Source of the DNA: Laetmonice hystrix
Taxonomy: Eukaryota
DNA length: 64,000 nt
NCBI GenBank assembly: GCA_965235115.1
Contig: OZ249436.1
Span: 36,394,001 to 36,458,000, forward strand
Direction: 5' to 3'
Shown here: positions 36,801 through 51,000 of the stretch, piece after piece
Position numbering within the stretch: position 1 is the first letter of the stretch
How the letters are laid out: every line of letters starts with the position of its first letter
Made by a program: the position numbers and the translations under genes
The notes under the pieces: generated by a model
Seen by the model: the letters and a program-made list of their open reading frames with translations, nothing else
The model's database searches: none
Told to the model about the DNA's origin: nothing

Positions 36801-39800
36801 GACATATACACATACGCTCTTTATGAGGACACGATTTTCTGTTCTTTCTGACGACTATAAAGCAATAGACTTGAAAGCTTCTCTTACAAGACAGAGGTGG
36901 GCATCCTGTCAATATTGGTTACAGGCCGAACATAGCATAGTCAAACATTTTCATAATATTTATCGAAAATTCTAGATATAAAATCAACCACATTATTGAC
37001 TCAAATCAAATTCTTTTGACTCCTAGATGTCGGCGGCGGGAACGTAATACTTCTTGCTAACTTCGGCTCAATATATCTTAATATTATTATGTTTAAATCA
37101 AGAATTAAAAATAGCTCGGTCTCTGCAGACGGAAATCTCTCGCCAGGGGGGGGGGGGCACATGACCTCCGTATTACGTCGTGTTGTCGGCCAAGCGCAGT
37201 TGTCTGGTCTGTATGGACGAATCTTTTGAAATCTTTAAAATGATTCCCTGAATGAAAGGAAAGGCGCTTTAATCTAGGTGTTTGTAGACATTTTGTCAAC
37301 AAGCAAAAGTGGAGACCTCTGCTTCCACCTGTGAGTTAGAGGGACAAGGTCGTAATTAGGCCTGAGAGCATACGAGGCGTTTCGCATTCCTTTGTATAAT
37401 TTAGGTAAACCTAGTTTACATACACTGTACAGCCTGAAATGTTTATCATATTAGGGTAGCATGTTTCTATTGTCTGCCTCTTCGTAGCGTCGTAGCCACA
37501 GTAGGAATAGGTGACGCCCTGCAACCCACACAAAGGTGACAAAAGCTGGTGTGTTGATCGAATGTCGCTCATTACGGCCTATAATGACGTACTTACTGTA
37601 ATTTGGTCCTCTAGAGACAGGCCCTTGGCCACGCCGGGTGCTGCGGACGAGCGTCGCTGCATATTGTTCACTGACGGAATTTCAGAGTTAATTCCCAGGG
37701 AGCTCAGCACTTCTCGCGTGGTGGCGAGGTCAGGCGCGTGACCTCACGTCACTCATGTCACATTGTGCTGACATTATCAAGATGTCAGTCGGTCCCCGTG
37801 TGCTGCCTGTACCTGCCGGCCCACATTGTACCCCCCGTCTGGTTAGACCAACCGACAAAACTGCCTCTAATCTGGCCGAGTCCATGGATCATGACGCCTA
37901 CACGCTCGGCTGGCGGTCCTGACGACCCCCGCATCTGACGTGCTCGCTACATAAGTGAGGCAGACTCCCCAGGAAAGCGGCCCAAGGAAATTCGCCTAAT
38001 TTCCGACAATTTCGCTCTGATGACTAAAAGACACACGTCGAGGCAAGCTTTAAATACACATGCTGATATATAAATGAACCCCATATTGTGCTGAAAAGTG
38101 AATTGCTTGCCCTGGCTACTTGCAATAGCGATGCATATCACATCTAAATGAGATGGCTTAATTGAGGAATTGACATGGGAAACCTGCAAAATGCAGACAC
38201 TTGTGGGTGGCTTCTGGGTACTTTGGCTGAGAATTGACCATGCAATGGGAATAAAAGGTCGCTAGGGGTGGAACCCCCACCCTGAGAGACCACCCCGATA
38301 CATACATATAAAGTTGACGGTCTGATGGCCATGACCTGTGTAGGGGGGCTGCAGGCCGGAAGAAATAGAATGCATACGACAAATTACTTCCACGCCCTGA
38401 CCAGACACATTAGGTGTAGCTTGTCGCCTCGATACAATATAATGGGTAACCAAATTTATAATCAATGTTCCTTTTTTACTTTCGCGGTATATTTTTGTCC
38501 CTGTTCACCGTTCTCATGCGAGTTTAAATTGATATAAGAGTTTTATGTTTTTGATGCACGGGTCGGGTGTGTATACATGTACATACATTTTACATATAAA
38601 CTCGGGACTGCACAGAGCACTGAAGGACTGGAAAACAAAGATATGACAATGCCGATTGCCGACAGATATGGGATCTATGCATTACTTACAACGTACAGAA
38701 GAGTGGGGGGAAAGCTGCCCCTCAGACTGGAAACCAAGAAGATCTCGAAATCTCTCCGCAAAGGGGATTCCTCTTTCCAATTGAAATGGCCATTGAAAAA
38801 TCACTCTGTTTTCTGGAGGAGGACCCTTACATATTTCGCATATTGCATCCATACCTGCGGAATGCAGGCCTATACATTGTTTTTATAGTTTACATACACC
38901 AATCCGGCACACACAAAAACCCACATACTCATCATGGTGACGATCTATATATACGTCAGATTCACAGTGCAAAATGATACTCTCTATACGAAATAGAGGT
39001 ATCAAATATTCCAACATCCATACACCACTGCCCGAGGTGTCGGCGCGCTATACAGATACGAAGTGACATTGCGTAACGCACTAAACGTCTACCGACTCCA
39101 TGGCTGGCAGCCGTCACACAGTAAAAAAATGTAGATAAAAAAATCTTGCCTTGTGTATTTCATTTCAGCCTAGTTTAATCGGACATGGAATGAGACGTGA
39201 TTGTGACAGTTTCTCGAGCATGAGTGCGCTCCGTCTCATCCAACCATTGCCAGAATTGATTTAATTTCTACACGTGTCACGCGTGTGTAATTAACAGCAC
39301 TGCGTTTAGTACGTTGGAACAGTTGTCTCAACGTTAACAGCATGCCGTCCGCGACCAAAACAACTTTGTCTGCCTTTGGACTGCATTATATTGTCAGCGG
39401 CTTCAACGATATAGACGGTGACCCCACTGTGCTAGAAGGTGGCTTCAAAGGAGAAAAACTACAGTAAAAGTAAAAAGTGCTTGAGTTCCACAAGTATAGG
39501 CCCACCTGTTTTCAAGCAGACAACGTAGGCATGATTACGATATCAGCATGTATACGCTGTTGATTGAAGTGTTTAGTGAACTGCAGATGGTATGGCGAGG
39601 CAAGTGCCAGGCCATGAAGGGAATGGTTCATTGTGGTACCTACATATAATCTAACTGTAACAGCGACAGTGCAAACGTTGAGAACGATAAAATTACCAAG
39701 ACAGCGATAACACTTGAAGCGATGAATATTGTTTGTTTCCTTTGTCTATACGAATACCATACGAATAATTTAAATACGTGGGAGAGAGATCTATAGGTGT

Positions 39801-40725
39801 ATTTTACCTCTCCATCCCAAACGGTGACAAAAAGTGACATTATATTAACTACATGTCAAAGACAAAGAAGGCGGTCGTGAGCAGTGAGTAGGGCGGGGCT
39901 GTCTATTTGTGCCGCTTGGATTGTTACAAGTAATTATCTCATTATCCGTGCAGCGTTCTTCCCTTGGTGTGCCGAGGCCTGTTTAATTGCATTATATGCC
40001 AGTAATTAGGGATATCTGATACCGATACTGCCTCATGAAAGACCAAAGTATCGCTTATTTCCGTACATTGGGACGCGTCAATCGACATAGAGGTTCTTAA
40101 CATAATTCACCTAATATGTCCCCAAAAGGATTTCCCTTTCTGGTCTTTTCATCTACTTCGTCAGGCGAACGAAAAATCAAGGCAAACAGACATGAACCAT
40201 TTTCATCCATCTTATTAGGGCTATAAATGTACTTGCATGTAAGCACGCATAGAACTGATGACATAAAAGGCATTGTATCCCACCACATCCCCTATTTTCT
40301 AAATTCGTGTACTACATTTAGAAAGTCCCTAAACCCTTCTGGTATAGGCACTTTTCTTATAATTATGATTTTATTGCCATATCTTATTTCGTACTGAAAA
40401 AATAGGACGACGTGGTTAACGTCTACCATATTATAAATATAACAGCGTATAATTTTCGAATCTTCTATAGGCCTATAATGTGATAATTATATTTGGTGTC
40501 AGCTCAAATACTGCCTTTATTGAATTCATGACATATTATAACATCACTGCTGACTTATAGCAAAGGCAGTATTAAAATATGTTTGCGAAAGTTAATTAAT
40601 TCCTTTCTATCCTAATTTGTATATAGACTTGAATTAGATATACACTGGATCATGATTGTGTATCTAAATGTTTATATCCTAAAATCACACAGTGGTATAG
40701 CAAGAATTCTGGGTGGTAGTTCTAC

Positions 40726-40902
40726 TAATGCGGGGAACACCCGATGCGATGCGATTATGAAAAGGTCCTAATGGTTTCCAGCGAGTGTCAGCACACCTGA
40801 AGCTACACGTCGCTGGAGCTTTAGGTGTGTTCACACTCGCTGAAACCCATTAGAAACTTTTCATAATCGTGTCGCATCGCGTCAGCTGTGTTCTCCGCTT
40901 AA
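40726..40902. mobile_element. Foldback MITE (near-complete ~175-bp hairpin), TAA/TTAA-flanked
   Basis: The left arm GCGGGGAACAC..GATGCGATGCGATTATGAAAAGGTCCTAATGGTTTCCAGCGAGTGTCAGCACACCTGAAGCT aligns with the reverse complement of the right arm (..CATAATCGTGTCGCATCGCGTCAGCTGTGTTCTCCGC). T/A-rich trinucleotide flanks suggest PIF/Harbinger-Tourist type (inference). Confidence 0.8.
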
Positions 40903-43900
40903 AGCCGTAACATCCCTAATATTCCTGTGATCTGACCTGCTGCGTGTTTATTTATACCTCAGCATATGGCCCACTCTGGCTGATAAGACCCCTGAAGTGG
41001 GTCATGACCTGGGCCACAGCTGTCAATCACTGGCACCCAACAGCTCATTTTTTCAAACTTTGAATGTCGTTTTCACTGCAAATTCTTGTTGAACAGATAT
41101 TCTAGTTGAACACCACTCTTCTTCATACATTCATGTTCATGCCTGTACCTAAACAAGATGATGTCATGTTTTGCTGCTGATGCTACATGGGATAAACGGT
41201 CAAAAGTAGAGAGAGCTCTGAAGGGATTTAAATTTGCCACCATATGCAAAGTCTCCTCGGATTGGCCGCTTGTATAGGCCGGCTACCCCTTTAACGAGGG
41301 GGTATCGCGTTATAGAAAGGAATAAGAAATCTTGGCCCTCCTCCCGGCCGTTTATACGTGCGTGTGTGTAGACTCAGTGATTATGTTCACAATGAGAGAA
41401 ACCACTCGGACGGTCAGGGGATATTTAATTTCTCTCCCGTAATGGGCGCCGGCTGTAATGATCGGTGTCGCTACCACTCAGTCGGCCGTCCAATGAATCA
41501 CGGCAGGGGAGTCCGGCGTAACAACCCCCCAACCCAACCCACCCCACCCAACCAAGAACAATGTCCGGAACCTTTCGAATTCGGATCAAATACTGATGAA
41601 ATTAGCCTACCTAACAACAATATTAATCAACGGTTTATAAGCGTGCACGACAGGCCGAGCTAATGTATCGTGGCCGAGTGTAATGTGCGCTGGCCGGGGG
41701 GACCAGGCCCGGTGTCGTGTTCCCACCGATGTTTGAATTCTCAGACCATGTGGAGATGCTGACACAGAAACCGCCTCTCCCGAATCCAAAACCGAACACT
41801 CACGAATCATCCATCCATTGATTTTTCAGTTTTCGTAACGTATCAAAACATGCCTTTTTCTAGCGTGCATGGTCCATGCGCACCCGTATGCAACTTCAAG
41901 GGGTCGGGGGGGGGGGGCTATGCATGTTTTTCTTTTGTTTCTAATTGTTTCTGACTTGACCAATAATGGACCCCACCCCCACCTTTTACTTTCTCCTGTC
42001 GGACCAACATTTGTCGTCTTTCCCTGGGGAATCCTCGACCTTATCAACATCCTGGAACCGCCCTTCATGACGGTTGTTCTTCGCTCACGCCTTTCAATTA
42101 TGACCCCACATTTTGATAGGAAATGTCCTTTAACTTATGCCAAAAGTCCTGACATTCTATCAAATGAGCTTCGCCTACTTCTTAAATTGAAACAGGGAAG
42201 ACCCAAGCGCAGCGGCGATGGTATAACACCTCAACATATATACAGCTTTTAAAACGGTAATTCGGCAAGAAGTTCAGGGTAAGGAAATCGATTCTAAATA
42301 AATCAAATTGAAAGGATACCCTTGGGCACCTTATCTTAGTTAAAATAATATAAAGTTTTAAAAACTACAGAAACACGCGCACCACTAACCATACCATATA
42401 TGGAACTTGACCTGAACTCGGGGTCAAATATTTTAATTGCAATCAACACGCATGCGCGCCCAGTGCTGCAGGCTGTTCGAGGTGGTTCGAGGTGATCTGC
42501 AGTTTTAAGGATCAGTTTATCGTTTTGAACTTCCACGCGAACAACGTCGATCTAGAATCCAACTATACGCTACTCGAAAAACAGTCTTGTTATAAGGATA
42601 CGACATATCGGAAATCTGAAGAGTTTCTGTGGGACCTACAACATTCATAAGTCCCCGTAGTTAGTGCGGTTCCAGTTGTGTCATCTTGAGATGTCAAGGG
42701 GCATCGGGCATCCTGCAATCTACTCCTTGAGCTCAGCCCAGGCTAAACGGCCAGAAGTTTTGCCCAGTTCGCTGATAAACAAGTGTGTTCCTCCCTAACA
42801 AAATACAGTTTGCAGCACTCTGACTTGATACGGTTTAACACGCGATATTCCAAAGTTTAGCTCCCCTGATTTCAGCATCGTCGCTTCGCATCCAAATGCA
42901 TCCAAACACCGGCCAGCTCGGCGCTGGCTGTCGGTCTCGGCCTCTGCCGTGCCCGTGGGTTAAGATTATAGGTCGGGATAGGGTTATAGTTGTGGTGTGT
43001 GTTCTTGCAGCCCTGTCAACTCAAAGTTGTTCCTCCCATTGTCACTATAGTGTCAGGTTTAATGCATACCCGTTGCTGCTATCGTTGGCCTCGCCATATT
43101 GCTTCAACAACAATAACTTTACTGGGGACGTTCCTATTGGCTAACCAGAAATGCACGCTAATTTTTATGAATCGCGACTCAGACAGTGCTGTAATCTGAT
43201 TGGTGCTAGGACTGCTTCCGGTCTACTTGCGGGTACTGAAAGTAGGTGGAAAACAGATGGCGCTGCGAAGTACGCGCTTCTGAGAATAGGCGGGTGTATA
43301 CACAAATATACCGGAACTAGAAACATATAATGACGTCAGCGGGCTTCCGGTGAAGCAGGCTTTTGGTGAAGCAGGCGATTTTGATGGAAATATCAAAACA
43401 TCGACATAGGCCCCCTATGAATTCTTAGAACGGGGGGAACTAATTTCCAGGCCCTACCTACTGTGAAAAATTAGTATAGCCTACACAGTGTACATGGAGG
43501 CCTAGCTGTGGTCTCTATATGATTTTTGACAAGTCTTTTCCTTTAACCTTGACCGTCGTCCCCAAGTTCAGGAATGGCATTGTACAGCAAGCCAGGGCAA
43601 CGCTCGCATTGTCCGGGACGCCTGGGCGTTGAGAGTCAAGGCGTCCCACTAGGCACCAGCGCCGTCCCAACGCTGTGCCACTTTGACTGATGACAACGCC
43701 GACCACTGTAGCTATGCACCGACATTTGTCAAATCACCTGCCCTTACCAAATTCGTCAAAGTGACTGCATAAGGCTCACAAAAAGTCACATCTACGTTTT
43801 GATTGCTTTCCATGCCAGAAATTTCTGCCAGCGACGGACAACAATTGGTGGTTGTTATTTAGATTTATGTGCCGTTTTATCATGGCCGCTCCTAATGGAA

Positions 43901-46832
43901 GAAAGTGGGGCCAGTGATTTGCGGCAATTTGCAGAAAATAGCGGACGGTGGCGGCGATAAAGTGCTACCGACTTATGAGAAAAATACATTATGATGAACG
44001 TAAGTCAATGGGTGATTTTAAATTCTCCAATTTGGGAAATAATGTGCCCTGCACTTGCTAGAATTTGCCGGCAGTGACGCTGATTTAAAGTCCTAGTCTG
44101 CTCGCTTATTGAAAGATCAAAGATCGGCGGGAGAGCATATGCGGTCACAATCAAAGCAAATTGCCAGTCGATCGCTTCGAAATGACATAGTCTGCCGTCA
44201 TCATCTCAAAATTGTAACCTGCTCGTTTGTACTTTGGAGCACGGCTCCTTGAAATCCGCAATTAAGCGCAGTTGCCATTGTGGTATTGTTTCCTTGTTTC
44301 TGTCGTCTGGGCTCAGTCGCCTGGACAGGTTTCGGGGCGTAATTTTCAATTTCCATACGAGTCTGTCATACAATGTCGCTTCTCCGCTCCTTTTGAGCGG
44401 CAATTAGGAGTTCGTTACCGCTCATGACGCTCTTGATGAGGAAATTCCTGCTACCTAATTGGTGTTTAAAAGAACTCAGGGGTCAGGGAACACCTGCTAA
44501 ACGCCACAACTCAACGCGTCAAAATGGACAGTTGAATGCACCATCGCTGTTAGCCATTATTCATTCAAAAATCGTCGACAATGAGCCCACTGACGGTACT
44601 CGCGTTGAGATTAGTTAACGGGACGCATGATCTCATTTTGTTATGACACATTATCGTCCCTTAATTGGCGTCTGGAGAAGGTGTCGGTAACGTAGCCACA
44701 ATAGAAGTTCCCCTGAACTAACAGATGACCTATTGCTGAGCGTTTTGTGCCATTGCTCGCCGCCTTCCATGGTCCACTGAACCTCAAACTGCATATAGCT
44801 TGGGGCAGTTGGGTGTCGATGCCTCCACGCTCATGGCCAGGACATCACATTCATATTAAATAAGCATAACATTACGCCGCGGTTAAATTAAGGGATAAGG
44901 CGGTGGCTAAATATTGGTTTTAGGGAACGGCAGTGCCTCGATCCGCGAGCTTTTAGCCTTCCTCCTGCCCGCAAATTATGTCTGCCACAGGGCGGGATAT
45001 GGTGGGCGCGGGTCTTTTCGGACGTCAAGCACGCACAAAGAGGCAGGCAAATGATAGCTGACTTGTATGTAATTATTGTGGAATTATTATGATTATGGTG
45101 ATATGGAGAGGCTACGGGCAGTGAGAGTTGGCAGATGGTGGGCCCCTCGGCCCCCTCAAGGACTCCCCCCGAGATGCGGGACAATGCTGGCCACGGAATA
45201 TTTCCGTTGGCTGCCCCCGGACTGGGCTGAGGGTCCGACCTGAGCCAAGCCCTCTCACTCACGCACCCGAACAGAACATAATCTCACTTACATCTCGACT
45301 GAAATTGTAGCCTGGAAGAATCGGGGACATCTGCTGTACGTAAAGGTTAATTGGTCCTGCACGTGAAGCACCTATGGACAATTTGATGGTTGACTGCTAC
45401 TCCATACAACCAGAATAATGCAGGCCCCTAATTTTACGAATGTCTCAAAGGGGACGGGTGTCTTGCGGCAATCTTCAATCTCAACCGACCCTATATGGTT
45501 CCATACAGGCCTGTACAATATAATGTTTGCCAAATCTAGCCAATATTCAAATCGCTTCTTGATGCTTTTTCTATATGAATATTGGATCTCAAAGCAACCA
45601 TATGGAGTATCTTAATAATATTATAAAAAGATACGTTTCTGAATTCTGAAACGCGTTTCAGCGAACTGAAGCAACCGAAATTGTACCTGCATTAGGGTCT
45701 ACAGTGAATACAGGTGCTGAATCATAATTATAATATGCCCGCAATCCATCATTACCTGCCAGGCCAATACACATCAAATGGACCCGTGTGGTCAACAGAG
45801 CTCTATAATTCCTCGACTATACATACAGCCCCTACACATACTTAGTACCGACGTATACCTTTGATGATTGTGCAAGTGAGAAACAAATTAATTACTGGCG
45901 AAGGGCTGTCCACTTTATACTCGACAGCCTTAGATAATTGTGGTGGGCCGGCGGTGACCACCTGCGTGCGCCACGTATGTGCCGACAGGGCGACTGGCCC
46001 ACGGCTCTCCTAATTCCCTTCACTTCCGCAAGAAAAGCTCCTCAATTTCCTTGCATGTCAAATTACCCGAAAGAGGAACGTCTGGATTAGGATGGAATTA
46101 GAGTGATTAGCGCGGAATTGTCTTCAGAGGTTCCGATTAATTTATTTCTTATAAGAGTGTGGAAGCCTTTTAGATATCGGTTGGCGACGGTCGTCGGTAA
46201 CTTTGGTTCCGTCCGATCCCGTCAGCCAAGCACAGGAAGTGGTGTACTCAGGAAGGGACTATATTCGTTACTTAATTGGTGCAGGCTTAATTCCTTGAAG
46301 GTGACGGTCGTCCCTGAAATGAAGTTGTCAGCTGTAGATCAAAGATGGCCCGATGGTATTGTGGTTTGACCTGTGATCAGCGGAGGACGGTGTCATAAAC
46401 GAGGTTTCTCTTTTCGAGAAGCCCACCACGACCCGCCTCCTTGCGGTGGGCTCGTGAACAAAGGTTGGAGCTTCCTCGGGGAGCGGTGCCGTTCCAGGTG
46501 GTCCACACCTCGGCGCCGTGTTTTGTGTTCGCACAATGACCTCCGCTATCCGTGCCACAGTGAAGGTCACGCAGAGATTGTCATGATCAAAAAACCAGGC
46601 TGGGGCCCAATTACGGCTCTCTGATGTCCTCTGGGTTCTCGTCTGACCACATACAGAGACGTAAACAAGACAAATAGACAAAAATAGTAAACACTTTTCA
46701 CCCATTCAAAGCGGGCGTGTGTAGCTGGGAAGCATGATTGGAGGGGGGGGGGGGATTTGAGAGAATGAGGTAGCGTTCCAATTAAGGCCATGGGTTTATT
46801 CATTTGACCTAGCATCTTTTAATTGGCGCATT

Positions 46833-47037
46833 CACATCCGAATTTTGCTTTTTGATTTCATTAACGAATTTCGTTGTCCTCTCTGACGACTCTAAGATTT
46901 GGTAAGCTAATGGATTTTGAGGAAAATGCAAAGTCACATCCGAGTTTTGTTATTTTATTTCATTAACGAATGTCGTTGTCCTCTCTGACGACTCTAAGAT
47001 TTAGTAAGTTAACGTTTTTTGAACAAAATGCAAAGTC
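46833..47037. repeat. Diverged tandem duplication, 102-bp unit x2
   Basis: Copies start at 46833 and 46935; shared core TCGTTGTCCTCTCTGACGACTCTAAGATTT. Confidence 0.92.
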
Positions 47038-47549
47038 TCAGTTAAAGTAATGACTTTTATTTGAGGGATTCTTTTTTTTAAACCTAAAGGCCTTGAAGTT
47101 GGCAGCAGAATGAGAAATTTCACGCTTGTTGGTTTCCGCTTTGTTTGACGGTAATCGCATTATTCGGTGGACCGAACCCACTTTACAAGTCCTCGACAGA
47201 ATAATGGTGTATTGTCAAGAAATTAGCAGTACGTAATTGGTATTATGGCTGGCTCAAGCAATGAACCGTAGCCAAAGAACGTCATTTTTTTCACCTTTGT
47301 TTAATGTGAATCCCCCATCTTGTTCGCTTTGTCTCAGTAGGTCAGGTTTCTTGCGACTCCTCATCATCTTTGTAATTTACACTGTCAGTGTTACTTCGAT
47401 GGGGAACGTTTTTGCTTGTTTGTATGTGTGTTTATTTCTGATATAGTCTCCTGTTCCTTCTACATTTGGTTATACAGGTATCTCTACAAGATTACGCTAA
47501 TTCTTCTTCTTGATATCTCTAACCAGGCGTGCGTTATTATCTGTTGTAG

Positions 47550-48035
47550 GTTTGGTTCCAAAATCGACGCGCCAAGTGGCGTCGCCAGGAGAAGATCGAA
47601 TCTACAAAACTAAACGAGAACTTCCCGATGGCTTCCCTCTCTCCCCGACCGATCATGTCCTCGGCCCTAGCGAACTCTCTGCCACTCGACCCATGGCTAA
47701 CACCGCCCATTGCCAACACCACCCCACCACATACGCTCCCAGGGTTTTTCACACATGCTTCATATCCTAACTTCCTCTCGCCCTCGAGTACCACGACCAC
47801 GTCGACGTCATTGAACCCTTCCGTTCTGGGTCTTCCGGCGTTTGGAACGATCACGGTGAGCGCTTCAGCGCAAGCGCACACGGCACATCCAAACGGACTG
47901 TCTCATAACAACAGTGGCAGCCATCTTAGCTCCAAGCTGGAAGAGCCGGACCCAAGGAGTTCTAGCATCGTTAGTTTGAGGATGAAGGCTAAGGAACACA
48001 TGGAAAACCTTGGCCGGGGATTACATGGACAATGA
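47550..48035 (+). CDS. rx: Rx coding exon 3 (helix 3, Rx domain, OAR)
   Basis: Acceptor TTATCTGTTGTAG|GTT (phase 0). Encodes VWFQNRRAKWRRQEK (Q50), the Rx domain LPLDPWL and the OAR domain DPRSSSIVSLRMKAKEH; TGA at 48033-48035. Confidence 0.98.
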   Translation, partial: VWFQNRRAKWRRQEKIESTKLNENFPMASLSPRPIMSSALANSLPLDPWLTPPIANTTPPHTLPGFFTHASYPNFLSPSSTTTTSTSLNPSVLGLPAFGTITVSASAQAHTAHPNGLSHNNSGSHLSSKLEEPDPRSSSIVSLRMKAKEHMENLGRGLHGQ

Positions 48036-51000
48036 CTATAGTAAAAAGAAAACAGTGGCATTACATAAAGGAACCCGTTAATCTTCTCTGTTATCAAATA
48101 TATAGGCTATATATTTAAATACAGGACGTTAAAAAAAGAACAGAATGAATGGTGTTCACTGAACTTAGATTCTTAAGATTTGAACATAATTAGGAATGAC
48201 ATCAAGACAACGCTGATTTTGCTGAACGAAGAGGAATTTTCAAAGACTTTTGGAGACCAGTGATCATCGCTCAGCTTTCTTTCATCAGGTGGAGAACATT
48301 ACCTATCGACATTCTTTATCTTCGCATGAACTAAACTTTTAGTGAAGGTAACATCGAAAACAATACTAGTTTAGCTCTCCGGGGAGCTGCTGAAAAGATT
48401 GTAGTTAATGTATATATATCTCTACGATAAAGGGGGGAATGCCCTATGAGATGAAGGCCTCAGGACGGCCACCAACTATAACAAACACCGTCATTATTTA
48501 GTATTATGTATTGTGAAATGTGGCTCGGGTGCTATGGAAGTTATTGTTACTAGTACTAACGAAACTGTCAGATTGGAAATGACTGTCTCCAAGACAGAAT
48601 TTTGTTGCGATGCCTAACGAATCTGGCTACGTTTTATACGAGTTTCCAATGTTGGTTTTCCATTTTACACTTCTGTTGATGTCTATACAGTTACAGACTG
48701 CGTCCTTATGAATTAGATATTTCTCACCTTGAACAACCAACTAGTCATACGTTCTGAGAGCAGTTGATAATCTATATACTGCATTATTGTTTGTTTCTTA
48801 GACGTTTTAGAACAGATCAATCTATCAAATATGAACCAAAAAGCCAACTAACTGCATCCACATAGTATACGTTACTATACATACTTTGACGTGTAAATAT
48901 ACATGTAATATATCATAGGTATAGATATTGTTACATATATAAACGGTAACATAGGTTGAGGACGGCTATTTCTTCATGCTATGTACTGGTCAAATAAGCA
49001 GACCTTACTTACCTCATATAGATTTCTCTATCGAACGATACAACAGTCAGTTGATACTGTAGAAGTCGGGCATGCGTCACTCATTATTTGTGAGCGTTTT
49101 AAACTGTAAATATATCTCTACATCATAACGAACGTTGTTGGACTATATGTAATGGTATATATTGCTGAGTATATTGGCGAGGCCTCACTGTTCGAAACGT
49201 CGGAGAATCAACTGTCTATGGCTTCGTGTTGTAAAGGCGCTTATATCGGACTAATCAAGACAGTGACTCACAAGGACGCTAGATATTTTTTTTCTTTTTG
49301 TGGCCTGTGATTCAGTGTACATGTGATGCCTATATATACTCGGATTAAAATCCAGGATAATATACGTTCACTCATGATGTGCTCCTAAACTGTAGATGGT
49401 GCTTCAGTTCAATGTGTATGTGTATGTCAATAGATTTTAAAGAACTTTACCCGTCAAAATATTCAATGACATTAAAATGCGCAGAACTTACAAACTATGA
49501 GTTCATTATTTATATGCAAATGTCTACACGCCTTTTAGAAAGATTCATATTCCCAGTGCCCCCATGTTAAACATATGCATTCCTTTCCGTCTAAATTAGC
49601 GTAGATCCCAATTTCATTCATATTATTAGATATAAAAAACTTAAACATATAAAAGTAGCATCTGCTATAGGCCACCAAAGGTTTAGTATTATGAAGAAAC
49701 AGTTCCATGGCCTGCAGACTGGCAATTCTTGAACTTCTGTTAAGTCAAGGAATGATCATCGGACTGAGATTAGACTTGAACATGCGAGCGGCAGGAAGTT
49801 ACTGTTTACAATATCACAGGGTCAACAGAGAATGTATGCTAATAAACGTTCTGCTAAGACTTCGTTCCCCTGGGTCCCATGCCAGCTGGACCGACTGCCC
49901 TGTGGCCTGCTGCCCGGAGAACTTTCTAGAACGCAGCTAGCTAGCCATTCCCGGTCCTTAATTGTCCAGCAAATGAGGTTAATTAATTCTCTAATGGAGT
50001 TGATGACCATACGGCCAAAGACGGGCGACAAGTTTCTAGGCTTTTAAATGAAATACCTTTCTGCGTCTGCTTCGTAATTGAAAGACATGTCTTGACAACA
50101 GTGTCAGGACCTTGGTTTGATAGAGCATCGCTGTGGAAAAGCAATTAATTGCTCCGACGAATTATAGAGCCGCCCTGGCCCGTTCGTTCAAAACTCAAGT
50201 AGCTTGGTTTGTGAGGGATCACCGAAGCAGGGTCACCAACGAAAAGACAGAGCGTGACATGTGATTGGTCCGTTGGGTGTTCACGTGACGCTGGTGGCCA
50301 TTAGACGAGAAGGGCTCTGACCGCAGGACCGCGATGTCGTTCACTAATGGCTGGTCTCATGTAAGCCTTAATGCAATAAAGCGATGATGAAATTACGCCA
50401 AATAGATTTCCATGATTCATTTTGGGTGACAGGATCGTGTTGACTAATGGCATTAGCTTGTTATTTCAAAGGAACTCGATCGAGCGGTCGAACTACCAGC
50501 GAGGGACCACGTCATGTACCAGTCCTGGACAGGAAACGTTCCTCAATTTGGTCCAAATCCGAAATCCCCAGCGAACCTCTTCTCTCAGAGGTCAAAAGGC
50601 CCTGTTCTCGCAAAAGCCTGATGACAAACTAGAAAAAGCCCTTCTAATGTAATGGTCAAGGAAATGTTTCGACATGGTATGAAAGAATCAAACTTGCTTT
50701 CCTGAAGCACTAACTCTTACAACTATAAGCAATGGCATTTTCACAGCTCAAAGTTATAGATCTATGTCTTTCACATACAAACCATATAGCCGCAGGTTGG
50801 GATAACCCCTTTTCTTGCAATAGGCCTGATAAAGTTTCATACAAACCACCCAATATGCCATCATTCATAGAGAGCCAGCGTGCCCTAGATCTATGTAGGC
50901 CTACGTCTGCTCCCTATGACGTCAGTTGGAAGAAGGCCCATGTCGGCCGAGCTGTAAGCTATCTCTGTAATAGGAAGTAGGCCTATAGGAAAGACTCTGA

